This document shows positions 9,769 through 22,667 of a stretch of DNA of 64,000 nucleotides, in pieces. Every line of letters begins with the position of its first letter. The stretch's first letter is position 1. The stretch comes from Atractiella rhizophila (Eukaryota). Below the pieces are notes generated by a model. It worked only from the letters and a program-made list of their open reading frames with translations, did no database searches and was not told the DNA's origin. Made by a program: the position numbers and the translations under genes. Where the stretch lies: the NCBI GenBank assembly GCA_021432655.1, contig MU271375.1, forward strand, positions 1-64,000. Reading direction: 5' to 3'.

Positions 9769-12700
9769 ATGTCGCTGTCCGATATCCCTCTCAACATTGT
9801 TCCCCTCCTTCAAACACTTGTATCTTCGTCTGGACCAGAGAGAGACCATGCGGAGGCGGAACTGACGGCGAACCACCTTGCTAGTCGACCTGACGATACC
9901 CTGAAATGCCTTGTGGATACCGCTAAGAGCTATCCAAAATCCGAAGGGGAAGATGGCGAGACTGTGAGTACCTTGATTCAGCTTGGACGGAGGAAAGGAA
10001 TGGAGCTGTCGAGATGCAATCGGACTTGGTTACGGACTTTGTGGAGCTTGCAACTACCATTGAAGTGCAGTTGCGGCTCATTCGATAGCTAAAGATGTTC
10101 AGATGTTCAAATGCTCCAATATAACAACTTGAGGCAAATATATCTGCCTAACTCCCTTTGTCGAAGCGTTTAAGCTGAGGGAGCGAGGCTGATCTCAGCA
10201 CTGGACCATATCTATCCAGCAACAAGCCGTCTATAGCTTATGCCTTTGTAATTGTTTATCTGGTTCGATGCCTACTCACACTACTCTCAGTGTTGGCAGA
10301 CTGTATACAGAATACGCTAAACTGCGTTGTTTGCTCCTGCTGTCGGAATCAACGGCTGTCAAGAGCTGCCACCAGATGCGGTGCTTTCAGTTGATTGTGG
10401 TGCCAACCTTTATGCATTTAAGTGTTGCTGTAGCAATGCCTTCTATGGGCTTCCAGCTGCTTATTGTGAACATTGTTTGCACGCCGAAGCGCAACGAAAC
10501 CGAAGCATCACAATTTGCGCACTTATGTGGCTTTAGCAAAACTTAGCGTCAACATTAATGAGAATGGACATTAATGTTGTTACACCTAGATGCGAATCTT
10601 CGTCCTTGTTCTCCTACGTCGTCTCTCCTTCCGACCCCTCTCTGAAAGTGTCGCGAAAGCTCACCGAAAAACAAAACGACCAACTTCTCTGGACCAAATT
10701 TGGGATGTTCTCTCGGACAGATCAAGATCCTACGTCCTGGATGGCCTGCTGGAATGTTTGGGCTGATGAAGGGAATTGGAGGAAGGAGCGCGAGAGACAC
10801 GCGGTTGCTGATTGTGTTGGGGAGTTCGCAAGAGCCGCCGTCAGCAGAAGCGGTAGTTTTTTCACCCATCAGCCAGGTGTTCTTTGATTGCGTGGAACAG
10901 AGGATTGGGATCGTCTGTTGGAACTGCTCAGTCGACTGATTGAGAGCACATTTAGCAGCAAGCGAGAAGCCGTCTTTCTTGTCCTTGANNNNNNNNNNNN
11001 NNNNNNNNNNNNNNNNNNNNNNNNNNNAACACAATTCGCTGGATGAAGACGTCAGATCGTCAATCGCCTACTCCCACTGATGTTTTCAATTTTGAAAACA
11101 TTTCACGCGACGTCTTCCCACTCCCGCCTTCTCTCTTCTCTTCTCAGCCTTTGCTCTCTCTTTTCTGTACCCGCACCTCCAGCTCTCAGACTAGCCCTCC
11201 CTCTCCAAGCGCTACAACAATACACCGCGCTCCTTTTAGACATTCTTGCTCTACATTCGCCTTCGAATCCTCCGAAAGACCCAAACCCTCTTCTTGCTAT
11301 GATGACAGATCTGGATGAAATTCGACAGATGGCTCTCGAGCTGTTAGTAGGTATGGCTGAGGTAGCGAACGAGCGTGGAACGTTGGTAAGAGGAGGATAA
11401 TCTTCCTGGAAAAGAGTGGTTGCGCACTGTCATTGGTCGCGTCTTTAGAGTAGCATCCGAAATTCCAAACATCGACTTTCAGGAATGGGACCTAGCTGAA
11501 GAAGGAGAAGAAGCGGAGCACATCGGTTTCGTCGCAGAAACAGCACTCGACCGGCTGGCAGTTTCTTTGGAAAAGTCGCGGCTGAGGGTTTCCTTCCCTT
11601 TCGTTGGCGAGATGCTCACGACGCACGAGGAGAAAGAAGGAGAGCATCCAATATGGAAGAAACGATTGGCGGCTTTGGGAGCAATCGGCGCTATGGCGGA
11701 TGGATGTGGAGGAGAGATGAGCAAGAATTTGGATAAAATTATGGGACTTGTGCTCCCCATGTTGGATGATGAAAATGTGAGAGTAAGACATGGAGCTATT
11801 TATGCTCTCGCTGAGCTTTGCTCTGACCTTCCAGTAAGCATTGCCTAGATTTGGCATCGCTAGACTAAAGAGTCTCTTTTAGGGAAAAGTGCAACAATCG
11901 TTTGCCGAACCAGTATTGAATGCACTGGTTGCGGTATATAAAACGTCGTCACATCGGTCTGTCGTCTGTTTCTCGCGTACGTGTCATTGATTATCGTCGC
12001 AGAATCAAAAGGTACTCTCTTTCTGCTCTGGTCAACTTTATCGAATCAGCGACACCTGAAATCCTCGGTCCTTTCCTTGGAGGTCTTCTACAGCACCTCG
12101 TCAACGCCTTCAACACTGGCGACGAATACCTGCAGGAGGCAGCTCTGAATGTCATCAGCTCTATGGCCGAAGTTGCAGGTCCAGCCTTCAGGGACTTCTA
12201 CCCTGCTCTTGCACCTTTATTATTCGCCGTGGTAGAAGACAAGCATCAAAATTTGCATATGAAAGCGAAGGCTCTTCAGACGGCTACCTGTATCGGTCTG
12301 TGTTTTGACTCTGTGTTGGTTTGAAACTGAATATGGAAGCAGCTGCATGCTGTGACATTAGCACAGCTCATCAAAGCTCAGTGGAGCAGATGGGCCATTC
12401 CCTGTTAGACCTTCTGCGTAAGCTTCTCGGCCCTGCTTCCTGTTCTTGTATCTGAATTGGGATACAGAAAATCTTCACCATACCGAAGAGGAAACGGAGA
12501 CTCTCCGAATCGTCCTCACTTCCTTCGGACAACTGGCACAGGCGCTCGGTGCTCATAATTTCAAACCATATCTACCCCAGCTCCTTCCTATTCTCCTAGA
12601 GAACGCTGCTGTTCGACCAGACGTCTCCTTAACAGCCAAAGACGAGGCGGATGAAACCGAAGAAGAAGAAGGATGGATTTACCTCGATGTTCAAGGACAA

Positions 12701-14308
12701 CAGGTATGCCATCTCTTGTTTAGGAGGCTCCTAAGACATCTGTGTAGGTTGGAGTACAAACCACACACCTCGAGGCAAAAAGCCATGCATTAGACACGTT
12801 GAAAACTATCGGCGCAGTAGTGGGCAATGGGATGCAGCCGTGGTTGGATCAGTTGGTCGACATCTGTGTTCCGTTGTTGAAGTTTTATTGTATGTGCTGT
12901 TTCGCTGACAATGGGACCTCACTCATTCTGCATTTTCTTAGTCGATGAAGGGATCCGCCTGGCCTCCATACAAATGATTCCAATCCTTGTAGCCGGTGAG
13001 CATACGACTGAACCTCCTTTGTCGGAATTTGACACGGTTTTCAGGCTATAAAGACGAAAATTCAGAGGTCGATAACTTTCAAGTGAATTACATCAACCGT
13101 CTATTCAAGGGTCTGGCCGATTTGATTCAAATCGAAAACGACCCTGCGATCCTCGTGGAGCTGCTCCAAGCTTGGTTGGCATCGTTTCTGGCATTCCCCC
13201 ACGCCATCTCCACCTCGCAAGTCGAACTTATGTCGAAAGCGCTGAAGGTTCAACTGAAGGAGGTGATCATTCGAGCGGATCTCGAGCGGGTTGAGCTGCA
13301 AGCAGAAGGCTGCCCCAAATCAGCAGAAGATGGCCAACCTAGCGAATTCATGGTTGCTTATGAGCTCAATCGATGTTTGCGAGAGCTGTTGCGTTATCAA
13401 CCCGATGGGTTTAAGCTAGACGAATTCCTGACGAACCTCACTCTGGCAACTCGAGAGGAGCCTTATCTCAGGCTCTTCGCCCTCCGACTGATGTGCGATC
13501 TCATCGAATTTACCGGCCCAGCATGTTTCTCTGCAATTTCTGAATATCTACCTCTTCTTCTGGCTGGCATACAAGATTCTGGTGCGTTAGTTTAGATTTT
13601 ACACGCATTACTGATAGTGAAGTTTAAAGAACCTTTCACAAGAAGGGTCTGCTCGTACGGCATTGGAATGATGGCTGCATTTGGAGGTGATCCCTTTCGT
13701 CCAGTCGCTGAGAGTAGGCGTGTCCGTTGTGTAGGCCAAATGCTAACAATGTCCACAGGTACGATACCAGTTTTACTTCAGACCGTATCTCTGCCTCCCA
13801 CTAGTGAATTTGACGTTCTCGCAAGGGATAATGCTGTATCCGCTCGTCCGTCCAGCCTCCTCGACATTGTGATGTACTGACTGTTCTTGTTGTATAGTTG
13901 CAAAACTCATTCGTCAAGGCATTGTCGATCCGAGCGACAACAAAACTATTGCTGCTTGGGTACTCGCACTACCCATCGAGCAAGATAGCGACGAGATGGA
14001 TGCTGTCTGGGGACTCTTGTTGGAACTAATCATTCGGTGAGTTCCCACGGTTGCTCCCACCCAAACTCCTAAACTGCTGCAACAGGGAACACCCAACTGT
14101 AGACCCTCAAGCGTCACCGACTACTGGGCTCCACATCGTCAACAGCCTCTACCTCGCCTACCACAATCCTGCCCTTCCAGCACTCTACCGTGACTCCATC
14201 GCTCAGGGCTTACGGACTTACATCACCAAATTTCAAGACCCAACCGCCGCCTTTCAAAGTCTGCCAGATTCGGTCAAGTTCTTCATCTCCACTGTATTGT
14301 CTGCTTGA
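9769..14308 (+). CDS. Importin-beta family karyopherin (importin-5 / Pse1-Kap121-like), HEAT repeats; spans a gap and has an apparent frameshift
   Basis: MRIFVLVLLRRL, WKKRLAALGAIGAMADGC...LPMLDDENVRVRHGAIYALAELCSDL, VGVQTTHLEAK and ARDNAVSA match importin-5-type HEAT motifs. Confidence 0.8.
10989..11028. other. Assembly gap (N run)
   Basis: Run of n characters. Confidence 1.
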
Positions 14309-15080
14309 GAAAGGAAAGGTCACCAGACCTCAAAATGTGTTCATTTACCTGCTGCAAATCGTTCAGTTGAAGTTGTCAATCGCGTCGTTCCTTTCAAGTT
14401 CACAATCTTTGATGCCAATGTCATCCTCATCTTCATGCTCCGTCGCCCTCTCGGGTCACTCTACTCAACAAGGATCCGCTCCAAAGTAATGTTTATGTAT
14501 GTTTATTGATTATGCAGAAATTTTACACACGACATCCGACAACGAGGAGCAGTTCCAAATAACAAATTAGAGAACGGTAGGGGAATGAGAGTCGAGAAAC
14601 GCCAAAGTTGGACGTTGGATAACAACCTCACCAGTTGGAGGTGAAGATAGACACAGCGACAGATCAATATAAGACATTGGAGGATAAAAGGTTTCGGGTA
14701 AAGGAACGATGAAAAGCAAGCCGTTGAAGATTTATTCCTGGGTTGAGAAGGGTAACCTGAGAAGAGCATCCTCTTTTAGTGAAGCGAGAAGAGGTAATCA
14801 AGTCGATAATAAGAGTTAATAACGGGAACCAGAACGCTACCGACGGAAGTGAGAAGATACGAAAGAGCAGACCAAACTTCACAGATGTCCGACACTTAGT
14901 ATCTTCACCGAAGCCTTTAAACATCAATCTGAAGAAAAGAGGAGCAATTTGAAGCCAGGATGAAATAAAGGCTTCTCATACTGAAAGATCACCGCATAGC
15001 ATGTCGCATGTCCCATATCGTACCGAACCGAACCAGATTGAGAAGAGCACGAGTACATCAAGAAGATCGAAGGAAACGAA

Positions 15081-16522
15081 TCAAGCGAAGAGACCATAAG
15101 CACTATTGTTCGCATCCAGACTCATATTATACCAATTAGGTTGAGCCTGCTGCGCGATCGACCCTCTCCTGCTTCCTTCCGAAGAGACAGACGAAGCAAG
15201 AACATCGTCACCATTTTGCGGCTTCACTGCCCAAAGACCAGCGTGATTAGCGGCCGCAAAATCGATGCCCAAGCTCGCGGCAATTTGCTGCTGCTGCTGA
15301 GCGACGGAGACGGGAGGGGAGGCAGAAATGAACGAGGAGGCGGATTCAGGAGTGCTTGAGGTGTTGGGTGACTTGAGGCTTTCCGATCCAGAAGTCGAGG
15401 GCGGCTTCTTCATCTCCTTGCTCTTCTCATCATCCGATTCCGACTTGATATGCACACCCGCGAATGAAGCGTCGAAGGAATTGCCATGAGCGGCTGTCTG
15501 AGCCGGGGCACTCAACATCGGTCCAGCGCCGAACAATTGACCAGTGGCTGAATACAGCTGAGCCGCAGCTGGGTTCTCGAACGGGTGTCCTTGAGGATGG
15601 GGATGGAATCCAGCAGGGGAGAGCAACGCAGCAGTTGTCAGTCCATGAGCAGGATCATGGAAGAGGCCAGGGCCGGCAGGAATTCCAAAATGGATGTTCT
15701 GTCCTCTTTGAGCAAGAAGAGTCGGAATTTGACGACCGTATCCAGCTTGCACTGCAGCTTGATTCTGAGCTTGGACGGCTGCGGCGAATTCAGCGGCTGA
15801 AACGCCTCCAGAAGGAGTCGGGACTGCAATCTGGCCAGGAACGATGATGGGAGGCGATGGTGCGATAATTGCACCTGTAAGGTTCGGAGAACGAGGCTGG
15901 ACTTGTTGGGAGTGGGTGAGGGCGGACACGATGTGAGGCGGTGGAGGAGGAAGCGTCGGCATCCCTAGTCGTTGGCGGAGCTCGTCAACCTCACGACGAA
16001 GGTCGAGGTTCTCCTTGGCGAGGTATCGCTCTCGCATCATCGACTCGTTAATGTATTCCAGGGATTTGTTGACGATGATGGACTTGGACGGTCGCTTCAC
16101 GTGCGCCATCGAAGGTAAAGCTTCTGCCAAAGCCTGACCGAGCCCCCGGAAAAAAAAAAAGTTCAACACCGACCGACATGAGATAAGAATGAGACGGAAG
16201 AAAGACGAACCATAAATCGACCGTTCAATGACTCCCTCCTCGCTCTCTCAATGGCGTTATGGGTTGCCCTCCTCTCTGCCGAGCTCAAACTGCTCTTCTT
16301 CACTTTGCCACTCTTGGGGTCCAAACCATCTTCCCCAATCGCCCCGTTTCCTGACAAGTCCATGGCTCCAAAGAGTCCTGAGTCGTTTAAGTTGGAGCCA
16401 TTGTTGGGCGAATTCGAATCGGTTTCTGAGGGAGAGGAAGCGGGAGGGTCGGAACTGGAGAACGTGGCTCCGGAGATGATGGAGGTAGAATTGGCGTAGT
16501 ACTCTGGATGAGGAATCGTCAT
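15081..16522 (-). CDS. bHLH transcription factor
   Basis: RRATHNAIERARRESLNGRFM|ALAEALPSMAHVKRPSKSIIVNKSLEYI followed by a leucine-zipper-like segment. Confidence 0.9.
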
Positions 16523-19400
16523 CTTTGCTAAATGATTATTTTCTCGATTGGGAAAAACTGGTTCGGAAGGGACAATTGGTACGAAATGATGTGGCGATCG
16601 GTTTTCGGGACGATGCGAATGAAAGTACGAGGATTATGAACTCTTCTTCTCGGGACTGATTGAGAGGCGAAAATCGACGGATGGAGTGCTGAGCGTTGAT
16701 GAATCGGAATGCTGTAGAACAACCCGATTAGGACCGACCACCAAACCATCCCCACCTCGCCCAACCTGCTGAGTCAAGGAGGCAACTCACCTGGATTTTC
16801 ACAAAGAATTATCAACAATCTCTTCTCTTCTCTCGACTGCGAGAGAAATACTGCACTCCTCAACGGTTAAGGAAATCGACAAGGTTGATGACACAAAGAA
16901 GTGGCCGAAGGTTTTTGAAGAATACTCCTCTTTCTTCGGTGCAAACTACTCAAACCAGCGACAAATCACTGACGAGGTGCGCCTAGGATGTTGGAAGTAC
17001 CCTGAGAGCTCTGGTATGGGGAGTCGAGGATATAATCGCCTGGGTCGTTTCTTGTTTCCAAGAGCAGGATGGAAATCCGAAATCGACAAGGGGTCGCTAA
17101 GGGCTAAAGGCTTGTTAATAGCTTGACGAAAGCTGGCAAAGGCTGGTATAGGCTGTAAAACAGGCTGGTTAAGCGAGGAAAATGGCGGTAATAGCTGAAT
17201 GTCAGGGAGGCTCGCGAGTCTAGAAATTGGCCACCGTCCTAGTCAACGTTTTCCTGCAGCAGAGAGTAAGGACATACAAAACTCAAGCGGCACCTATGAC
17301 GAGGGAAGGCGGATAGAAGAGGCGGAGGGGGAGGGGCGACCAGAGATCACTCTGACATCCAAAGCAGGCTGATGGGGGGAAGAAGAAAGTTGAAGTGTCC
17401 CTCCCTAATAAGAGCTCACTCCGGCTCCGGACTTCAATTCTCCCGGCTTGAATGCGATCGGCGGACACCAGAACGTTAACCTCAACCCAGCCGAATGGGC
17501 AAACCTTAATCCTGGGTATAGAAGTTGTCTTATTAATGTTTGTGGCCACCACCCAAATTCCCAAATTGTGTGGTCATTACACTTCAACATCTCTCTGTTT
17601 CTCCTGGCGCTACAGTTGTGTTGTTACTGCAATGCCAGCACTCAGCATTCAACCAAAGGGAGGCAGGCTTGCAGCCGATGGGAGAACAGGGTTGTTTAAT
17701 TGCTTCCATTAGCGTTGCACTAAAAAAAGCGGGTCCGAAACCGATACATCGGATATTAATTGGCTCTATCAATGCCAGATTTGCGTTTGAGCTTTCCGAG
17801 CTGAGGAGCCAATCACTCTCAATCTCCAATCCAAGACGAAGGAGAGTCAAGGACATCGCCTGTCGACACGTCTCTGTTCTTCGTTACGGACGCGATCCGG
17901 CGGCGCGCAGGCATTCGTGGTCGCTTCGACATTTCTGAGGACGACAACCGGCCCTTCACGTCAGCTTCGTCGCGGTTGCTGGTTGTTTCCTGTCGTCCCG
18001 CATCACATCACCAATCAGCAGAAAGGAAGCTGAAGGAAGGAAACAGGAGAGGGATCAGAAACGGTCCGTATCAGCAAATCGATTAGAGCCCCGCTTTTTC
18101 TTGCTCCCTTCGTGTTAAGGACACAAGGAGAGGACATTTATGTAAGAGCAGAAGGACGAATCGGGAGCACGAGAACGCGAGGGCGGGGACAATGAGTGAG
18201 TCCAAGAACCTCGCTGCTGTTTCGCGTTGCGCGATCAGTTGATGGAAGGATCTTGCTTCATCTTCATCAAATCTTGCAGCGGGGTAAGTAGCGAAAAGCA
18301 CAAACAGATTCGACTGTGACATCTCGAAGAGACTGTGCCTGTTGTTGGCAATGGACTGCCGTCACCAACACCAAGGACTGTGCATCGATGCAAGCACTTC
18401 CCCGAGCTATCCGGCCCGCATCGTTCGATTGATGAGGAGGAGGACAGGGCGAAATCTACGGGTCTGAAACAATTCCCCCTTCGAAGTGTGGGCTAGTTCC
18501 TACCTCGCTCTCCGACGCACAGAGAATGACAAATGCCCATGGGTGTCAGGTCCAAGTAGTGATTGACGGCTTCCATCCTAGATTCCCCTTCCTTTCCGTG
18601 ATATCACAAGTTACAGTTTGGAATGGCGAGGCGCGAGCAGAGAGGGATGAAGGATGTGCTAAAAGCAGCTAGATTGGCGGATACCGAAAAGATCGTTTCC
18701 ACCGAGGTCACCTTGAGGCAATGACAGCTGGGGACGATTGGCAGAGGAGGGAAGCTGAGCAGAGCAGGCTGGGAAGAGATGGGTGGACGAAGCCCTTTTA
18801 TTTATGAGCGCGGAGGGAGCAGACTCGCGCGCATGCTAGCTAGGTGCCATCGAAGCATGGAAAGGCGCACGGCTACGTGACCGATCACACTGAGGAGGGT
18901 TGGTTTAGGTATGATTATATGGTGCTCGTAATTATGATTGCGTGTTGACGTGAAAGCAACATGAGCGAATGCATTCCGAAAGAAATCATGAGCTACTTCC
19001 GCTATTACTTTGATGCGTGGATTTATGCGATGTCAGAATCAGAATATCAGATGGTGTCTTTTAGGGTCAGGGTTTCAGACTGCATTCAAGTGAAGTGAAG
19101 TGAGAGCGAGGAGAACGAGAACGACGATACAGGACTTCAGCTGAACAGGGACGAAGTTGTTGAAAGGAGGGCAGAGTTAGTGTTCTGAAGTCGGGAGAAC
19201 CAAGCAGGGGACCTATGGTGAGTGCTAAGTCAGCTTCGCATCTCTCCTTCGTGCATTCATCCGTTCATTGTTCTGTTCATGTTCGTTGCATTTCTCACAA
19301 TTCTTGACTGGAAAATTTGTTTATTGAGAAACAACTTGAGGTCATGCATGAGTGATTGGTGGCCCGCCCCGATCACAGCTTGCCAGGTTCCTTTACCATT

Positions 19401-21840
19401 TCAGTGCCCACTGATTGGCCTGGTCACATAGGGTGCCTCGATTCTGTGGCTAGCAGCGTCAGTTTCAGTATTATCAAAATATTTCATCATACCTCTTTAT
19501 TTCATCCTGTCCAATTTTTCATCAGCGGCTCAGAACCGACAGTTGAACGCTACGAACCTCAGTCAGCTTGATATGAACTGCTTTCGCCAGTTCCCTCAAG
19601 CTTTCAAGCTTCGTGGTCCCTACAATCGGGGCTGAAACTCCTTTCTTATTAGCCACCCAAGCGAAAGCAACTTGAGCCATCGTCAAGTTCCGTTCTTTGG
19701 CGATCTCTCCTACAGCCTTCACGATTCCTTCGTCCCCTCCTTTGCTTGTTGCTTTCATAATGGCCTGAAATTGGTCTTTTCCGCTCCGATCACTGGATTC
19801 CGACCATGGACGGCAAAGAACGCCTGCTCCGAAGTCGTTGATACACTGTCTCACACCTTGATCGAAAATCAAACCCACCTCGTCCGAGCGGAGACCAGGG
19901 GATTGAGCCAACCCCAAAGTGCTCCAATAGAGGCATCATCTCTCTCTCTTCTTCCCTGCGTAGGTTTGTGAGTTGGATCGACCTTTCACATTGACGATAA
20001 AATCCACACCTGTATACAGCCGAGTAGTGATTTTGCATAGAAATGAAAGGCGTCAGGCTACATAAACCACAGTCAATGATGCTTCGAGAAAGAGAAAGAA
20101 CGCACTTGTGCGTAATGGCATAATTTTGCATAAGATGGAATTGATATGCCCAGCAAGAGGACATCCCGATGTACCTCCAAAAACATTTAATACTACTCTC
20201 CTCATAATGGAGGAGAGTAAACGCACCTGACATAACCAGCTGCAGCAAAAAATTAGCTGTATTTTCATTTGGAACTGCTGTCACGAACCTTTGACAATAT
20301 CGTGCAGCGCGGCCATCTGAACGGGTGTCCGTTAGAAAAGCACTTCAAGGTATTGGCAGAGTTACAGTCTCAGCGATTGGTGTGTTTGGGTCAAATCGAT
20401 GCACTGTTGATGCCTCATCAGATTTCTGGTGGCGCGCTAGATGGGAACTTGCTCTGATAAACGTCGATGTAGTCCACCTGTAACCTCTTCAAACTGGCTT
20501 GGACAGCATCAAAGATATGTTTCCTGCTCGCGCCGTATTGGTTCATTGCTTTCATAATGGCCTGAAATTGGTCTTTTCCGCTCCGATCACTGGATTCCGA
20601 CCATGGACGGCAAAGAACGCCTGCTCCGAAGTCGTTGATACACTGTCTCACACCTTGATCGAAAATCAAACCCACCTCGTCCGAGCGGAGACCAGGGGAT
20701 TGAGCCAACCCCAAAGTGCTCCAATAGAAGCATCATCTCTCTCTCTTCTTCCCTGCGTAGGTTTGTGAGTTGGATTGACCTTTCACATTGATGATAAAAT
20801 CCACACCTGTATACAGCCGAGTAGTGATTTTGCATAGAAATGAAAGGCGTCAGGCTACATAAACCAGGGTCAATCATGATTTGGGAAAGAGAAAGAACGC
20901 ACTTGTGCGTGATGGCATAATTTTGCATGAGATGGAATTGATATGCCCAGCAAGAGGACATCCCGATGTACCTGCAAAAACATTTAATACTACTCTCCTC
21001 ATAATGGAGGAGAGTAAACGCACCTGACATAACCAGCTGCAGCGAGAAATTAGCTGTATTTTCATTTGGAACTGCTGTCACGAACCTTTGACAATATCGT
21101 GCAGCGCGGTCATCTGAACAGGTGGCCGTTAGAAAAGCACTTCAAGATATTGGCACAATTACAGTCTCAGCGATTGGTGTGTTTGGGTCAAATCGATGCA
21201 CTGTTGATGCCTCATCAGATTTCTGCTGGCCCGCGAGATGGAAACCTGCTCTGATAAACGTCGATGTAGTCCACCTGTAACCTCTTCAAACTGGCTTGGA
21301 CAGCATCAAAGATATGTTTCCTGCTCGCGCCGTATTGGTTCACGTAACCGTCTTGGTCCAATCGTGGATGTGGGTAGATGATCTCTCCCGGGTTACGAGA
21401 AACTATTCCCGAGAACTACATCCAACATTATTCCAGAATGTGAGGAATAGAGCAGATAGCATTGCCTTCGTCATAATCACAACCTTTTCACGCGGGATGT
21501 TGTGCACCTTGAGCGCTCGACCCAGAATTTGTTCAGAGATTCCTGAAGAATAGACATCTGCCGTATCGAATGTGTTGATTCCAAGCGTGTACGCTTCTCC
21601 GATATGCTCGATCCCGACCTCTTCGGACAAGAGCTGTACACCCATTCAATAATGCGTGTTGCAGTGGGTTAATATACCCATGGGAAGAAGTTCGGGCTTC
21701 CGTATGACATACACCCTAGTATTATCTTGCTAATCCTAAGTAAAAGCGATGTTATTATTTTGATCAACAGCAAATCGCGTCACTTACTTCAGTCCAGAGT
21801 TACCCAAATTCACATAGAGCATATCCGTCTTTCCTGCCAT
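19401..21840 (-). CDS. Aldo-keto reductase (aryl-alcohol dehydrogenase/YajO-like); contains an internal 797-bp duplication
   Basis: YVNLGNSGLK|ISKIILGCMSYG, GINTFDTADVYSSG, YIGMSSCWAYQF, SMQNHY, IPWSPL, APIVGTTK; many short introns and 13-14 nt microexons. Confidence 0.9.
19749..21342. repeat. Direct tandem duplication, 2 x 797 bp (19749-20545, 20546-21342)
   Basis: Near-identical copies at offset 797; most differences lie in introns. Confidence 0.97.
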
Positions 21841-22667
21841 TTCTTCAAGCTTGGTTATCCTATGATTGCCAGCTGGTTGTGGGCTGTTTTCTGCTTTTTA
21901 AGCTGCAAGCTCCACTCTACTCTCCACTTCATGATTTCAATTCATTTACTTAAAACTCCCAGAACGTCCTTGGTGGAGCTCTCCCTTGCTGCCATCCTTT
22001 GTGGCTGTCTCATTCTTTGATCAATAAACTACCTTCCTATTAATTTCTAAGGAGCCTCGTTCCCTTAATGCAAATTCGACGGCGGCAAAAGCCACGGATT
22101 TTGAAGAACCGGAGTGGACTTGTAGGGGCTGACTGACTTCACTAAGTTAACGTCGAATAGTGAATACTGAAGTCATTGATATCCTCTGGTCATTTCTTGT
22201 ATCAACCGCAGTTAGTCGATGTACTAACTCAAGCAATTGATTGAGGTTAATGACTGTCAACATTTTCACAATGCTCATAAAAGAGTAGTTTGACTCTCTG
22301 CAATCTGACGCGAGATGTCGGCCGGTTGCAGCATTTCTCAAATGGTCCCATGTTGCCCTTGCCCATCAATGTGGTTTGCCACTTGCTTGGGCAATGTTGT
22401 CATCATCTGGCAGTTATTTATTTTTTGCCCGGAAGTTTCAATTCGGACTTCGGGGCATACTCATCACAACCTCTGTTCTTTACCGTGGCGCTGATCCTTC
22501 GTACTATGGAGCTGCCGCGGTCTTTCCGCTTCTCCGCGCTACAACAGCTGTACAGCTTCAACTCACTGTGGGCTTCGAAACCTCAGAAAAGAGTCGAAAT
22601 AAGTCGATAGTAAAAGCCAACGATTGACTGACGGCGGTTTTCAAGTGTTCGCATTGCTCCATCCCAT

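Noticed and set aside
16714..16790. Possible twin or abutting introns in the bHLH leader
   Set aside because: A single ~77-nt intron explains it more simply; the inner 25-nt unit is too short for this genome.
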